In this document: one piece after another, positions 12,869 to 27,842 of the stretch | Position numbering within the stretch: the stretch's first letter is position 1 | How the letters are laid out: each line of letters starts with the position of its first letter | NCBI GenBank assembly: GCA_951406725.2 | Contig: OX597816.1 | Span: 17,422,001-17,486,000 of the forward strand | From: Octopus vulgaris | Lineage: Eukaryota | Direction of reading: 5' to 3' | Length of the DNA stretch: 64,000 nucleotides | Notes under the pieces: model-generated | Seen by the model: the letters and a program-made list of their open reading frames with translations, nothing else | Databases searched by the model: none | What the model was told of the DNA's origin: nothing | Program-made: the position numbers and the translations under genes

Positions 12869-13317
12869 AATCTATTTATCTATCTATCAATCTATCTATC
12901 TATCTGTCCGTCTGTCCATCTGCTTGCTTGCCTGCCTGCTTGTCTGTCTGTCTATCTATCTATCGATATACACACATGTACATATCCATCCATCTTTTAT
13001 CTTCTCTTGTACTTGTGTCAGTCATTAGACTGTGGCCATTCTGGGGCACTGCCTTGGATAATTTTTAGTCAAATGAATGAAGCACAGAACTTATTGTCTT
13101 AAACCTGAACCACCAAGTTATAGGGATGTATATATACATACAAACATACATACATACATATATATATATATCATCATCATCATCGTTTAACGTCCGCTAT
13201 ATATGTATATATATATATATGTATATATATGCAGGCGTGGTTGTGTGGCACCTTGGGCAAGTGTCTTCTATTATAGCCTCAGGCCAACCAAAGCCTTGTT
13301 GGAAAACTGAAAGAATC

Positions 13318-13390
<73 letters not shown>

Positions 13391-13764
13391 GTATATATAT
13401 CTATGGGTGTGTGTCTTTGTGTCTGGTTGTCAACCAGTGATGGGAAGACAAAGACAGTGTTGGTGTGTTTACATCTCTGTAAGAGTAAGCACCAGGCTTG
13501 CAGAACATAAGTCCAACTGTCGATTTCTTTGACTAAAAGGCATTGCTCCAGCATGGCCACAGTCAAATGACTGAAACAAGTAGAAGCATAAAAGAATAAA
13601 GGAAAATAAACTGCAGCCCTCATAACTGGTAGGCAAGTATGGCTTGGCACCAAATAGCATGATTTTGGCAACCGTAGCTGTTCATGTAATCATCAGCGGA
13701 GAATGAACTCCTTTCCCTCTCACCACCTGTCCTTGGCATAGGAGAGCACGCAGACTGTTACAGT

Positions 13765-13802
<38 letters not shown>

Positions 13803-14303
13803 AAGAGAGTGAGGGAGAGAGAGGATAAGGTTGCTTGAGCAACCAGTTCGTAGTCATTACAGTAAAGTAGACCTGAGCAATGAGAAATATAGTGTTTTAC
13901 TGAATGTTACACTGACAGGAATTGAACCGACAGTCTTGTAATTACGAGCCAAATGCTTTAAACGCTAGGCCACAAACGTTCAATCCCTTGATATGAATTA
14001 TTATTAAATTGATTGGTGGGGAAAGAAAATGCGACTTTTCCTTCACGCAGCTTAAATATGATATGATGTGGTGTGATATGATAAGATATAATATAATGTA
14101 ACGAAATATGGTATAGTATAATATAGTATAATATATAAATCTCTACCACTTCATATATATTTGCTATACCTTGCAGGCATATTTATTTCCAAAATTTCGA
14201 AAAATAATTAAATAATAAATATTTACATAAAATTTGAAATTCTGCAGTAATTTATTCAAAGAGAAAGAGGGAGAGGCACAGAGTGAGAGGAGGAAGAGAG
14301 AGT

Positions 14304-14344
<41 letters not shown>

Positions 14345-14394
14345 AGTTGAGAGAAGAGGGATATGGAGAGAAGTAATGTGAATACAGAGAGTAT

Positions 14395-14790
<396 letters not shown>

Positions 14791-15465
14791 ACTGATAGAA
14801 TTAAAAAGAGGGAATGAAGCAGGGGGCTTTGGGCAGAGAGACGTGGGTTCTGGGATAGAGAGAAGCTGTTAAGAGTGGATGAATTACGCGATGTTCCCCT
14901 AAGGTATCCTCAAGACAATAAATCAAGATAGAATAAAATTTGGAGCAGCCTATCATAACGAAATCAAGATTTATTATTGTTAAATTTCTATGTCATGCTG
15001 CCTGAAGCAGTAGCTAAGGTAAACTTTAAATTGAAAGGATACCCATCCATATATGCATGCATACATACATACATACATATGCACATATATATATATACAC
15101 ACATACATATATATATATACTTATATATACATGTATACACACATATATACATATATATATATACACAAACACATATATATATATATCTACATACATACAC
15201 ACACATACACATATATATATATACATACCTACCTACATATAAACATATATATATATAGGTAGATAGATATAAATATATGAATGTATATATGTGTGTATAT
15301 ATATATTTACACACACACACACACACATATATATATACACACACTCAGATGTATATATATACATATACTTATATATATATACATACATATATATGTATAA
15401 GTACATATATATATGCATACGTACATACATATATATATATACACATATACATACATATATATATA

Positions 15466-15505
<40 letters not shown>

Positions 15506-15625
15506 TATATATGTATATATACATAATACAAGTATACATATGTACATACATATATTCACCACCACCATCACCCCCACCACCACATCATCATCATCATCAT
15601 CATCATCATAAACATCATCATCATT

Positions 15626-15671
<46 letters not shown>

Positions 15672-16016
15672 ACAGCAACAACACTGCCATTGTTTGCGTG
15701 AATTTTCTCCCTAATGAAGGTCCACTGACGACCAACTGAAGCATCAACTATCGAATGAAACACTATTTCTTAATTGAAAGGATCAAATTTTTCAGAGGAT
15801 GGTATGATGGCTGTTGGGTTTAGAGGCTTGCTTTGCAAACATGCAAATACGAAGATTTGGGGTTCTGTCCCACTGAATGGCACCTTGAGCAAGTGTCTTC
15901 TATTACAGATACTGGTTGAGCAATGCTTTCAGAATGAATTTGGTACATGGAAACTGTGTGGAAGCCAATAGTGTATATACATACATATATTATATATTAT
16001 TATTATTATTGTTATT

Positions 16017-16603
16017 GAGTGAGAGAGCAGTGCATGCCATCAAAGTGACACTGGGGTAAAATATACAAAGCCCAGTATACCCATCATGACTATCCATCTT
16101 ACACGGGTACACCAGGCTCATGCACCACAACCATATGTGCGCGACATGCTGATCTTATATCAAGATAAACAGCGCATGACCTTGCAGGTGGGGGCCCAGT
16201 TAGAATTTTGTTCTGGTCAAGTAGCTCACCCTGCTCAAAAGGTCCCTGAATAAGGATTGTTTAAGGATGTTGAACAAAATACCCATGTTTCCAAAGGTGA
16301 ATTACCCAAACCTCTAAGAATTCCTTTCAACACATGGCTGTGATGCTCCCCCACTACTTCCGCTCGTGATCAGAGATGCACATATCGTCAGCTACTAACG
16401 GACCTGCTCAACTGGTTAAGGTCAAACAACTGACAAGCAAATCTGTGGTATTGAGCTGAATATTTGCTGTAGCCCATCTTTTATACCAAGACAAAACAAT
16501 GTACATGATAACACTTCCAATCAGTTAAGATCAGAAACCATGAGAGCCACTGTCTGGTACTGCATCAGAGCATTATTGTAATTATAATTATTATTATTAT
16601 TAC

Positions 16604-16651
<48 letters not shown>

Positions 16652-17079
16652 TGTTGTTGTTGTTGTTTTTGTTGTTGTTGTTATTATTATTGAGTCAGCG
16701 AGCAGTGTATGCCATCAAAGTGACACTGGGGTAAAATATACAAAGCCCAGTATACCCATCATGACTACTCATCTGATAAGGGTACACCAGGCACATGCAT
16801 CACAACCATATGTGCATGACATGGTGATCTCATATCAAGATAAACAGCGTATGACCTTGCAGTGGGGCCCAGTTAGAATTTTGTTCTGGTCAAGTTGCTC
16901 ATCCTGCTCAAAAGGTCCCTGAATAAGGATTTATTAAGGATGTTGAACAAAACACCCATGTTTGAAAAGGTAAGTTATTGAAACCTCTAAGAATTCCTTT
17001 CAACATATGGGTGTGATGCTCCCCCACTACTTCTACTCGTGATCAGAGATGCACATATCGTCAGCCACTAAGGGACATG
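16017..17079. mobile_element. Two direct copies (16017-16572 and truncated 16692-17079) of a ~555-bp element inserted in (TAT)n tracts
   Basis: Both start tattgagt..agcagtgyatgccatcaaagtgacactggggtaaaatatacaaagccc; the complete copy has (TAT)n on both sides. Confidence 0.75.
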
Positions 17080-17080
17080 A

Positions 17081-17124
17081 TGCCTGATGAAGACTGGAGG
17101 GTATAACAGCGGAAACGTTGTGCT
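17081..17124 (+). ncRNA. Degenerate minimal hammerhead-like motif
   Basis: tgc CTGATGA a gactg-gagggtataa-cagcg GAAA cg TT gtg. Confidence 0.5.
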
Positions 17125-18308
17125 AACAAGAAACAAGATGAGGACAAATATCCGTCAAATGTAAATAATGTAAATAATGTAAATAATGTACATAATTCCT
17201 CATCTCTTAAATATAGAACTAATATTATGATACATTAAATACATTATAATCATCATCATCATCATCGTTTAATGTCTGCTTTCCTTGCTTTCATGGGTTG
17301 GATAATTTGACTGAGGACTGGCAAACCAGATGGCTGCACCAGACTCCAATCTGACCTGGCAGAGTTTCTACAGCTCGATGCCCTTCCTAATGCCAACCAC
17401 TCCGAGAGTGTAGTGGGTACTTTTACGTGCCACCTGCATAGGTGGATAAAGCAACTGAAAACCAAAGTACATAAATAAGGATGCAAAAATAGCACCTACA
17501 ATTGCTAGAAATAAGAGCTAAAAACTATAACTCAAATAGCCACACAAAATCGCTAACCTTATGTGATGTTTAAAGGGACTGCAAACAGCAAGCCATAACA
17601 TCTTACTTCAGCAGGATAAAACTCACTGAATCAAATAATTTGATGCATACATAATTAACTGTCTTCATTTGTTGCTTGTAATGCAATTAAGAATGAAGAA
17701 TTTATAAGTAATTCATGAAAAAACGAGAATAATAATTAAGGTAAGATTTATTGCAAATTTTAACTTTTTGGAATAGATTCTTAACTAAAGAAATATCTAG
17801 AGGAAGTTTGTCTGCGATTTAAAAATTTCTTTAAGATTTGAAATGAAGATAGAAGATAATCTTTATAGAATAACTGAAAGGCTTTTAAATTTTTTCTTTA
17901 AATGATTCTGCTTCAATATTCTACTGTATGTAAAGAGTTTGTCTGCATATGGAAGTTTGGTTGAATATTTGTCGTCAAGGAAATAAATAATTAAAGTATG
18001 AAATCCAGATTAGAGATCGGATATACATATATGTTTTCGTTTATTTCATTTTATTTAATTTTTCAAATTTGAAAGAAAGTGGAAATTTATTTAATTTTCT
18101 AGAATATGTAAACGTTTCAAAATTGAAAGAATTTTTTTTGCGTCGGGGAGGGGGGGAAAGATAATGAATTAGTTTAGAATATTAAACATATGAATCTGAA
18201 GAGAATTAAAGGAAGGTAGTTGCATTTATGATGACAATGACAATGATGATGATGATGATGATGATGATGATAATGATAATGATGATGATAGTGATGATGA
18301 TAGTGATA

Positions 18309-18343
<35 letters not shown>

Positions 18344-18459
18344 AGTGATGATGATGGTGATGATGATGGTGACGATGATGATGATGATGATGACATTGAT
18401 GATATAATGACACCAATAACAATGATGACAATGGTAATGATAATGGTGATGATGATGAT

Positions 18460-18870
18460 ACTCTTTACTCTTTTACTCTTTTACTTGTTTCAGTCATTTG
18501 ACTGTGGCTATGCTAGAGCACGGCCTTTAGTCTAGCAAATCGACTCCGGGACTTATTCTTTGTAAGCCTAGTACTTATTCCATAGGTTTCTCTTTTGCCG
18601 AACCACTATGTTACGGGAATGTAAACATACCAGCACCGGTTGTCAAGCGATGTTGGGGGGACAAACACAGACACACAAACACAAACGCACATATATATAC
18701 ATATACATAAATATGATGGGTTTCTTTCAGTTTCAGTCTACAAATCCACTCACAAGGCTTTAATTGGCCTGAGGCTATAGTAGAAGACACTTGCCCAAGG
18801 GTCCACGCAGTGGGACTGAACCCAGAACCATGTGGTTGGTAAGCAAGCTACTTACCACACAGCCACTCCT
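18460..18870 (-). mobile_element. SINE family A inserted in a (GAT)n tract
   Basis: Full head to tail; (GAT)n on both sides. Confidence 0.85.
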
Positions 18871-19811
18871 GATGATGTTGACGATGATGATGATGATGAC
18901 AACGATGATGGTTGTCGTAATGCTAACAACAGCACTGATTGTCCACTGGTAATAATGTTGATGATGGTGATTAGGATGAGAAGGAGGAGGAGGAAGAGAA
19001 GGAGGGGACAACAATGATGGTGATAATGGAGATGATGCTGACGTTGACGATGACGATGACGATGATGACAACGACGACGACGACGTGATGTTGACAGTGC
19101 TGTGTTGACAAATGACGATATGTAATTAATTATCTTCTCTAAATATTTTCCCCAATTAAAAATTTCTATCAGCCATTCGTCTGCTGGTTGAGTTCAATAT
19201 TTGTCACAAGATTAGGTATTGTTGCAAAATATAAATATAGAAATATTAATTTTTCTTTTCCTTGCAGTCATGTCAACAAACGGTATCTGATTAATTCTTT
19301 GACGACTTCTGCGTATTTTTCCATAGAACTGTCTTGTGAATTCCAAGTGTTATTTCCTCTTACTTTTCTGTCGCGTACCTGCCAATGTAATTTTGCATGG
19401 CACCATCATATTGGTTACATACAAACATGTTTGTTACACCTGCCTGGTTATTCAGAACATGAAAATACTGGAAAAATATCCATAAAGAATTTTGTCCAAT
19501 ATTTTAACATCCCTGCCAATCCACCACTCGGAATTGGTACTTTATGTTATCAAACCCCAGAAGATTAAAAGGCAAACTTCATCTTTGTAGAATTTGAAGT
19601 AAAAAACATAAAGAGAAAGAACAAATATTACAAGGGATAAATATATTTTGAACAATATTTTAACATCCCTGCCAGTCCACCACTCGGAATTGGCACTTTA
19701 TGTTACCAAACCCCAGAAGATTAAAGGGCAAAGTTCATCTTTGTAGAATTTGAAGTCAAAAACATAAAGAGACAGAACAAATATTACAAGGGATAAATAT
19801 ATTTTAAACAA

Positions 19812-20406
19812 TATTTCTTTCTTTCTTGCCCAGAGGGCGCTAAACATAGAGGATACAAACAAAGACAGACAAAGGGTTTAAGTCGATTACATCGACCCCA
19901 ATGTGTAGCTGGTACTTATTTAATTTACACTGAAAGGAAAAACTGCAAAGTCAACCTCGTTGGAGTTTGAACTTAGATCGTAATGGCAGACGAAATACCA
20001 TTCTCTTTATTGCCCACAAGCAGCTAAACATAGAGGGGACAAACAAGGACAGACAAAGGGTTTAATTCAATTACATCGACCCCAGTGTGTAACTGGTACT
20101 TATTTAATCTACCCCGAAAGGATGAAAGGCAAAAGTGACCTCGGCGGAGTTTGAACTCAAACCGTAAAGGCAGACGAAATACCTATTTCTTTACAACCCA
20201 CAAGGGGCTAAATACAGACAGTACAAACAAGGACAGACAAACGGATTAAGTCGATTACATCAACCCCAGTGCGTAACTGGTATTTATTTAATCGACCCTG
20301 AAAGGATGAAAGGCAAAGTCGACCTTTGAACTCAGACCATAGCAGCAGACGAAATACCGCTAAGCATTTTGCCCGGCGTGCTAACGATTCTGCCAGCTCA
20401 CCGCCT
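19812..20406 (-). mobile_element. SINE-B trimer (head + 3 units of ~184 nt) with ~23-bp TSD
   Basis: ataaatatatttt(a/g)aacaatatt on both flanks; unit junction gaaatacc|tatttc (one junction degenerate). Confidence 0.85.
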
Positions 20407-20617
20407 TAATAAATATATTTTGAACAATATTGCATAGGCATGGGTGTGGTGGTGTGATTAAGATATTTGCTTCCCAACCACATGCTTCCAGGTTCAGTCC
20501 CACTGCATGGCATATTGGACAAGCATCTTTTACTCTTGAACTGGGGCTGACCAAAATCTTGTGAGTGGATTTGGGACAGATAGAAACTGAAAGAAGCCTG
20601 TTCTGTGTGTGTGTGGG

Positions 20618-21213
20618 GACTTTGCTTTTCATCCTTTTGGGATCGATAAATTAAGTACCAGTTGCATACTGGGGTCGATCAAATCAACTAGCCCCATCCT
20701 CTCCAAAAATTTCGGGCCATGTGCCTAGTGTAAGAAAGAATATTTATATGTGTGTATGTGTGTGTTGACTTTGCTTTTCATCCTTTTGGGATCGATAAAT
20801 TAAGTACCAGTTGCATTCTGGTGTCGATCTAATCAACTAGCCCCATCCTCTCCAAAAATTTCGGGCCATGTGCCTAGAGTAAAAAAGAATATTTATATGT
20901 GTGTATGTGTGTGTTGACTTTGCTTTTCATCCTTTTGGGATCGATAAATTAAGTACCAGTTGCATACTGAAGTCGATCTAATCAACTAGCCCCATCCTCT
21001 CCAAAAATTTCGGGCCTTGTGCCTAGAGTAAAAAAGAATATTTATATGTGTGTATGTGTGTGTTGACTTTGCTTTTCATCCTTTTGGGATCGATAAATTA
21101 AGTACCAGTTGCATACTGAAGTCGATCTAATCAACTAGCCCCATCCTCTCCAAAAATTTCGGGCCTTGTGCCTAGAGTAAAAAAGAATATTTATATGTGT
21201 GTATATATGTGTG
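20618..21213 (+). repeat. Tandem array, 4 x 149 bp, derived from the SINE-B 3' half
   Basis: gactttgcttttcatcc recurs at 20618, 20767, 20916 and 21065; units near-identical. Confidence 0.9.
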
Positions 21214-21520
21214 TGTATTGGTGTATGTCAAGCAACATGGTTGGAGTTTGAAGTTTAGTAATTAAAAAGAACTTTCTATTCCCCAACCTATTACAGAAAC
21301 TTAAACCTCTTTGTACTTCTTGTACTCTACCAAGTCTATAACAAAAAAAAAGAAGAGAAACAATACAGAATACAACTCAATATTGTTTCACTTTATTTTC
21401 TCTTCTTTCATTTCCCCTGTTTATTGAATCTTATGGTGTTTTATTGTATTCTATTTTATTCTATTTCTTCTCATCTTTTTTCCTACCCACCTTATTAATG
21501 GCATTACCCTGTTATCTTAC

Positions 21521-21620
<100 letters not shown>

Positions 21621-21641
21621 TATATATACACATATATATAA

Positions 21642-21705
<64 letters not shown>

Positions 21706-22605
21706 GTGTGTGTGTGTGTTTAAATGTTATCAATTTCTTTTTTAAAGCCAAAACAATGCAACTTATTAGAAATAATATAAGTTAATGGTTTGTAATTTTA
21801 CTTTACATTTCAATATATTAAGGTTAGGACCTCTTCTTCCCTACCACCACAATAACACACACACACACAGACACACAATTATCCATACACATACACATGC
21901 ATATTTACAGAGAAAGAGAAAGAGAAAGAGAGAAAAGACATGAGAGAGAGAGATTGATTGTTTGTTATATATATTTTTGTTTAATTTTCTTTTTTTTCAA
22001 AACATTCAAATAAGTAGTCATTTCGTTTCTTCCATACATAATTTATTTTTTTTAATAAGAAATATTGGCACATTTTCATTTTCCTGGTCCCATGAAAGTG
22101 TAAATAGTCATCTTGTCAGAAGTTGGTGTTTTTCTCAATCAAAATTTGTGTTTTTTATTTGCCAAATAAACAAGTAAAAATTTATTTTTGATGGAAGATG
22201 GGGAAGTGAGTATAATTTTGATGAATATCATGTTTTCTGCCCAATAATTTCTCAGTTTGATGATTTGTGCAAGAGATAGATTTCTTTAGGAAAATACATT
22301 TGCAAAGGCAATTCCTTAAGACAGATTCAAGATATTTGAAGAGAAGAAATTCCCCTTATAGACAACATAAGTGTTAAGTTTACACTTTACACTTGAAGTG
22401 TAAAGTGGCTCTCAACCAAGCCCATGTGATTCTTGGTGGAAATCGATATAAGATCTTGTTAAAATTTATCCGTAGTAAATTGGTTATACATTTGCAATGC
22501 ACAAAATATTTAAACAATTCTTTTATACAATTCATAATAATTTATTTATTTATTTATTTCGATTTTGATTTGAAATAGATAAATAAATGTATTTTTATGA
22601 ATATG

Positions 22606-23016
22606 AATCGAAATCGAAATCAAATTCGATGACTGGCATTCGTGCCAGTGGAACGCTAAGAGTACCATCCGAACATGATCGTTGCCAGAGCAGCAAACTG
22701 GCTTCTATGCTGGCGGCACGTAAAAAGCACCATTCAAGCGTGATCGTTACCAGCGTCACCTTACTAGCACTTGTGCCAGTGGCACATGAAAAACATTCGT
22801 GCGAGGTCGTTGCCAGTGCCACTGGACTGGATCCTGTGCAGATGGCACGTAAAAATTTGAGCGTGGCCGTTGCCAGTACCACCTGACAGGCCCTCGTGTC
22901 AGTGGCACGTAAAAGCACCCACTACACTCTCGGAGTGGTTGTCGTTGGGAAGGGCAAACTGTCCAACCCATGCTAACATGGAAAGCAGACGTTAAACGAC
23001 GACGATGATGATGATG
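22606..23016 (+). mobile_element. SINE-like family C
   Basis: gaaatcgaaatc start, ggcacgtaaaaagcacc modules, (GAT)n tail. Confidence 0.8.
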
Positions 23017-23029
23017 AAATTACCATTAA

Positions 23030-23673
23030 TAAGATATCTGTTTATAGCCACGAAACATTTTTCGTCAAATTTTTCAAAAATCTAAAATCTATATTAATGG
23101 GTAGGACCAATTTGATGAAAAATTAGCACAGTCTGGTAGCGAACCAGTGTGGTCGTCATTTTTGTGCATGTACTTAAAATGGCGAAATTTTACGCTTTGG
23201 GGGCAGATTTCGTCAAATTGATGTCTCGACTGCTAGTGCGCAAAATGCCTAAATTTCGCTGGAGAAATAAAATGGTCTTACCTCATAAAAACATGAAATG
23301 CTGGAGAATTCAAACAACGAATTGAAACAATAAAGTCTTAGAAAATCAAAGCAATTCACATTGAAATGAAGAATTAGCAAATGCTAAATAGATTACCATT
23401 AGTAAGCTGTCTGTTTAAACCCATGAAACATTTTTTATTAAATTTTGGCCTTTTTCGTCAAATTGATGTTACGGTGGCTAGTGGGAAAAATGCCGAAATT
23501 TTACGATTTTTAAAAAATGGATGCTGATTAAAAATCGATTTAAAAAAAAAAATTCCAAGTGCGTAAGTGACCGCATGGGCATAAGCCTCCCACACGTGTC
23601 AAGTTTCATCAAGGTCTTGGAGGAATTGAACTAACAAATTCACAAACACACAAACTTGCCATTTATTATTATA
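23030..23673. mobile_element. Helitron-like non-autonomous relic with internal duplication
   Basis: Ends caagtttcatcaag...cacaaacacacaaacttgccatttattattatag, like 6049-6405; ttcgtcaaattgatgt repeated internally. Confidence 0.4.
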
Positions 23674-23722
23674 GGTTATATTATTTTCACTCTGTCTATT
23701 ATGAAAATTTCTTCTCTCTCTT

Positions 23723-24152
23723 TTTACTCTTTTACTTGTTTCAGCCATTTGACTGTGGCCAAGCTGGAGCACTGCATTCATTCGAGCAAAAATCGACCCC
23801 AGGAATTATTCTTTGTAAGCCTGGGACTTATTCTATCAGTCTCTTTTGCCGAACCGCTAAGTTAACGGGGACGTAAACACACCAGCATCTGTTGCCAAGC
23901 GATGTTGGAGGGACAAACACAGACACACAAGCATCTACACGTACATACATATTCATAATACATATATATATATATACACAAATATATACGACAGGCTTCT
24001 TTCAGTTTCCGTCTACCAAATCCACTCACAAGGCTTTGGTCGGCCCTAAGTTATAGTAGAAGCCACTTGCCCAAGGAGCTATGCAGTGGGACTGAACCCG
24101 GAACCATGTGGTTGGTAAGCAAGCTACTTACCACACAGCCACTCCTACGCCT
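23723..24152 (-). mobile_element. SINE family A, full length
   Basis: Head ggcgtaggagtggctgtgtggtaag through tail. Confidence 0.9.
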
Positions 24153-24283
24153 AAGAAATCTCTCAAGACAATCTGTTCAGTGTATTGTCTTTCCCTGTCC
24201 TAATATACACGAACATGTTAAATATAACTACAAATAACTATATTTCACTCACTGCTGCTTTGTGTACCTCTCTCTATATATAT

Positions 24284-24332
<49 letters not shown>

Positions 24333-24604
24333 TACATAAACCACATATGCACATATGTATATACATATATATATATACATGTATATACATATATGTAGTT
24401 CAAATTTATAGAAAAAAAACAAGGTCAAAAACAGGTGTAGGAACAATCAAGTGTATTAGTTTGACGTTTAGGATAAACGGAAAAGTCTTTTCCATTTCAA
24501 GCCTATACTCTTTTACAGAAAGGTATAAGAGCAAATAAATAGAGAGAGAATGGGGAAAAAATGGTCCAACATATATCTCTATTCCTCTCCTGTTCCCTTC
24601 ACCG

Positions 24605-24642
<38 letters not shown>

Positions 24643-25207
24643 TCCTCCTTGACTCTCTCATTGCTTACACGTGACCAACGGCTATCTTTCTTTCTTCCAC
24701 TTTCTTCCTAAAGACAAGACATGCTTTTGCCTGTCTCTTCTGAAAGCTCGTTTTTTGAGTATTCACCACTTTGCATTGTCTTGGCTTAACAGTCCTCACC
24801 GTTTGTTTTTACTGTTTTCTTCTTACTGTCCTATTTTTGTTACCATTTTTAACCCTCTGCAAAAAATCTCAAATTTTATTTAATTTGCTTAGCCTGAAGT
24901 ACTGTTTTAACAGAGTCACGTCTTGCCCGTACCTTTGAAACGCAGAGTAGATAAAACAGGGGACAACTGATGAACGGCATGTTCTTTATGTTGCCCGTCT
25001 CGTTTCTCTATTTGTTTCTTTCGGTGTTCGAAAAAACTTTTCAGTTTCTGTTTTTTTTATGTTCTCGTTTCTCATTTCGTTCACGTTCTTTTGATGTCCT
25101 GTATACATATATGCATGTATATATACATATATATGTAGGTATGTACATATATGTATGTATATATGCATATATGCATATATTTATATATTATTTATATTAT
25201 TAGATAT

Positions 25208-25265
<58 letters not shown>

Positions 25266-25470
25266 GATATATATATAAAGTGTTCGTCTTCTATGTTTTC
25301 GTTTCTTATGTTCTCGTTCCTCATTTTGTCTACGTCTTTATGATGTCCTGTACCCATATATGCATGTATATATATACATATATATGTAGGTATGTACATA
25401 TATGCATGCATATATGCATATATTTATATATTGATTATATTCTAATTCTTTATTATATTTATATATTATT

Positions 25471-25646
<176 letters not shown>

Positions 25647-25720
25647 AGAGAGAGAATGAGAAGGAGAGAGAGAGATCTGGTAGCTACTTGTACAAAGCCA
25701 GCAAGTTGAATTGGTTTGTT

Positions 25721-25847
25721 GAGTACAGCAGCTAGAAATTATTGTAATAAATATCTTTACTTGGTCTTCAATATTGGAAAACATATGGCGATGGGGGGGG
25801 GTGATAACGATCAAGATTATATTTATTTTGCAAAGGCTGCATATCGA

Positions 25848-25887
<40 letters not shown>

Positions 25888-25900
25888 GTGATGATGGTGG

Positions 25901-25956
<56 letters not shown>

Positions 25957-26410
25957 GTGATGACGACTACGATGACGACGAGGAGAAGGATGTTTGGATA
26001 AAAGGAGTTTTTAAAGTAGGGGTTAATTTATCTGATGAAGAACTTGCTGACGTTAATCATAAACAAAGTATAAACAAAACAAAATTAGCCAATCAATAAA
26101 GCTATATGTAGATGTATGTTTGTGTGTGTGTCTGTGTATGTGTGAGTATGTGCATGTGTGCATTTGGGTGTTTATGTGTGTGTTGCTGTATGTGCATGTG
26201 TGCGTTTGGGTGTTTATGTGTGTGTGTATGTGTGTGTGTATGTGTGTGTATTTACATATGTGTAGGTGCTTGTGTCTATGTATGTTTCTATGGTGAAGCA
26301 TACGAGTTGAGATATATTTATCCGATTTCATGTTGATTCTTATCATACTTCCAAATGGAGTTGAATACCAAACAGATTAATTTTCCCTAATAAGTGTACT
26401 GACAAAACAT
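25721..26410 (+). repeat. Arm A of an old inverted duplication containing (GAT)n
   Basis: Several non-repetitive blocks align with the reverse complement of 28357-29428. Confidence 0.8.
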
Positions 26411-26626
26411 TCACAGAAGAAGAAGTGCCATGCATACATACATGCATGCATACATAAATACATACATATACATACGTACATACACACACACACATATATA
26501 TATAAGTATGTATGTATGTATGTATATATATATGTATATATATATATATATATACGTATCTATACACCTATGTATGTATATATATATATATGTATCTATG
26601 AATGTATGTATATATATTTCTATATA

Positions 26627-26668
<42 letters not shown>

Positions 26669-26676
26669 CACACACG

Positions 26677-26730
<54 letters not shown>

Positions 26731-26836
26731 TGTATATATATGTATAGTTGAAATTTACCGAAAAACAAAAGATGAAGACTGATGTATAAACGCCAAACAG
26801 GTGTAATAGTTTGAGATTCAGGAAAGTGAGAACGTT

Positions 26837-26871
26837 CTTTACATTTCGAGCCTACGCTCTTCAATAGAAAG
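26837..26871 (-). ncRNA. Hammerhead-like motif, GAGC-gtag-GCTC family, degenerate core
   Basis: Minus strand: cttt CTATTGA a gagc-gtag-gctc GAAA tg TA aag; sister copies at 24487-24522 and 58605-58640. Confidence 0.5.
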
Positions 26872-27810
26872 AAACGCGAGGAAATAAAAAGAGAGGGAAT
26901 AAAAAGAACTTGTGGATTTGGCAGTACAATATTAAGACTTCAATTCATAGGTACCAGGGTGGGTCGAATTACCTTGTAAACAGCTCTTTTAGTCGAATAA
27001 ATATATTGGGTACTGGGGTTCATGCAGTGAAATATTTAGGTTAGGTATACAGAGAATTTAATCCTTTTGCATATATTAATAGCCTATGGGCTAATCCGAA
27101 AGTGTAGGTTGTATTGGTCGTATAGTATTTGGTATACTCCAGAATATCCGATGGGTCGGGATTCCAGTGAGGCGTATTATGAACAAATAAAATAAATAAC
27201 AAGCAATGGATATGCATCACTTCATTACAGCTGTAATGAAATGATGTGTATCCATCATTTGCTGTTTAATTCATTGTTAATATATATATATATATTCTTT
27301 TATTCATTTGACTCTGGCCATGCTGAAGCACTGCGTTTAGTTGAACAAATTGACCCCAGCACTTATTCTTTGTAAGCCTAGTACTTAATCTATCTGTCAC
27401 TTTTGCCGAACCACTAAGTTACTGGGACGTAAACACTCCAACTTCGGTTGTCAGGCGATGGTGGGGGCACAAAAAGACACACAAACTTACACAGACACAC
27501 ACACACATATATATATATATACAATGGGCTTCTTTCAGTTTGAGCGTGGCTGTTGACAGTACTGCCTGACTGGCCCTCATGCCTGTGGCACGTAAAAGCA
27601 CCCACTACACTCTCGCAGTGGTTGGCGTTAGGAAGGGCATCCAGCTGTAGAAACTCTGCCAGATCAAGACTGGAGCCTGGTACAGCCATCTGGTTTGCCA
27701 GACCTCAGTCAAATCGTCCAACCCATGTTAGCATGGAAAGCAGACATTAAACAATGATGATGATTATATATATATATTGCATATATATATGTGTGTGTGT
27801 ATGCATATAT

Positions 27811-27842
<32 letters not shown>

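Noticed and set aside
20618-21213. Regular repeats resembling a CRISPR array (also 55573-55880 and 63344-63944)
   Set aside because: Whole units repeat with no unique spacers; eukaryotic SINE- or LINE-derived; no cas genes
24930-24980. GAAAcgcagagTA ... CTGATGA (permuted, type-II-like hammerhead order)
   Set aside because: Stem I and stem II do not pair convincingly in this copy; needs a family consensus
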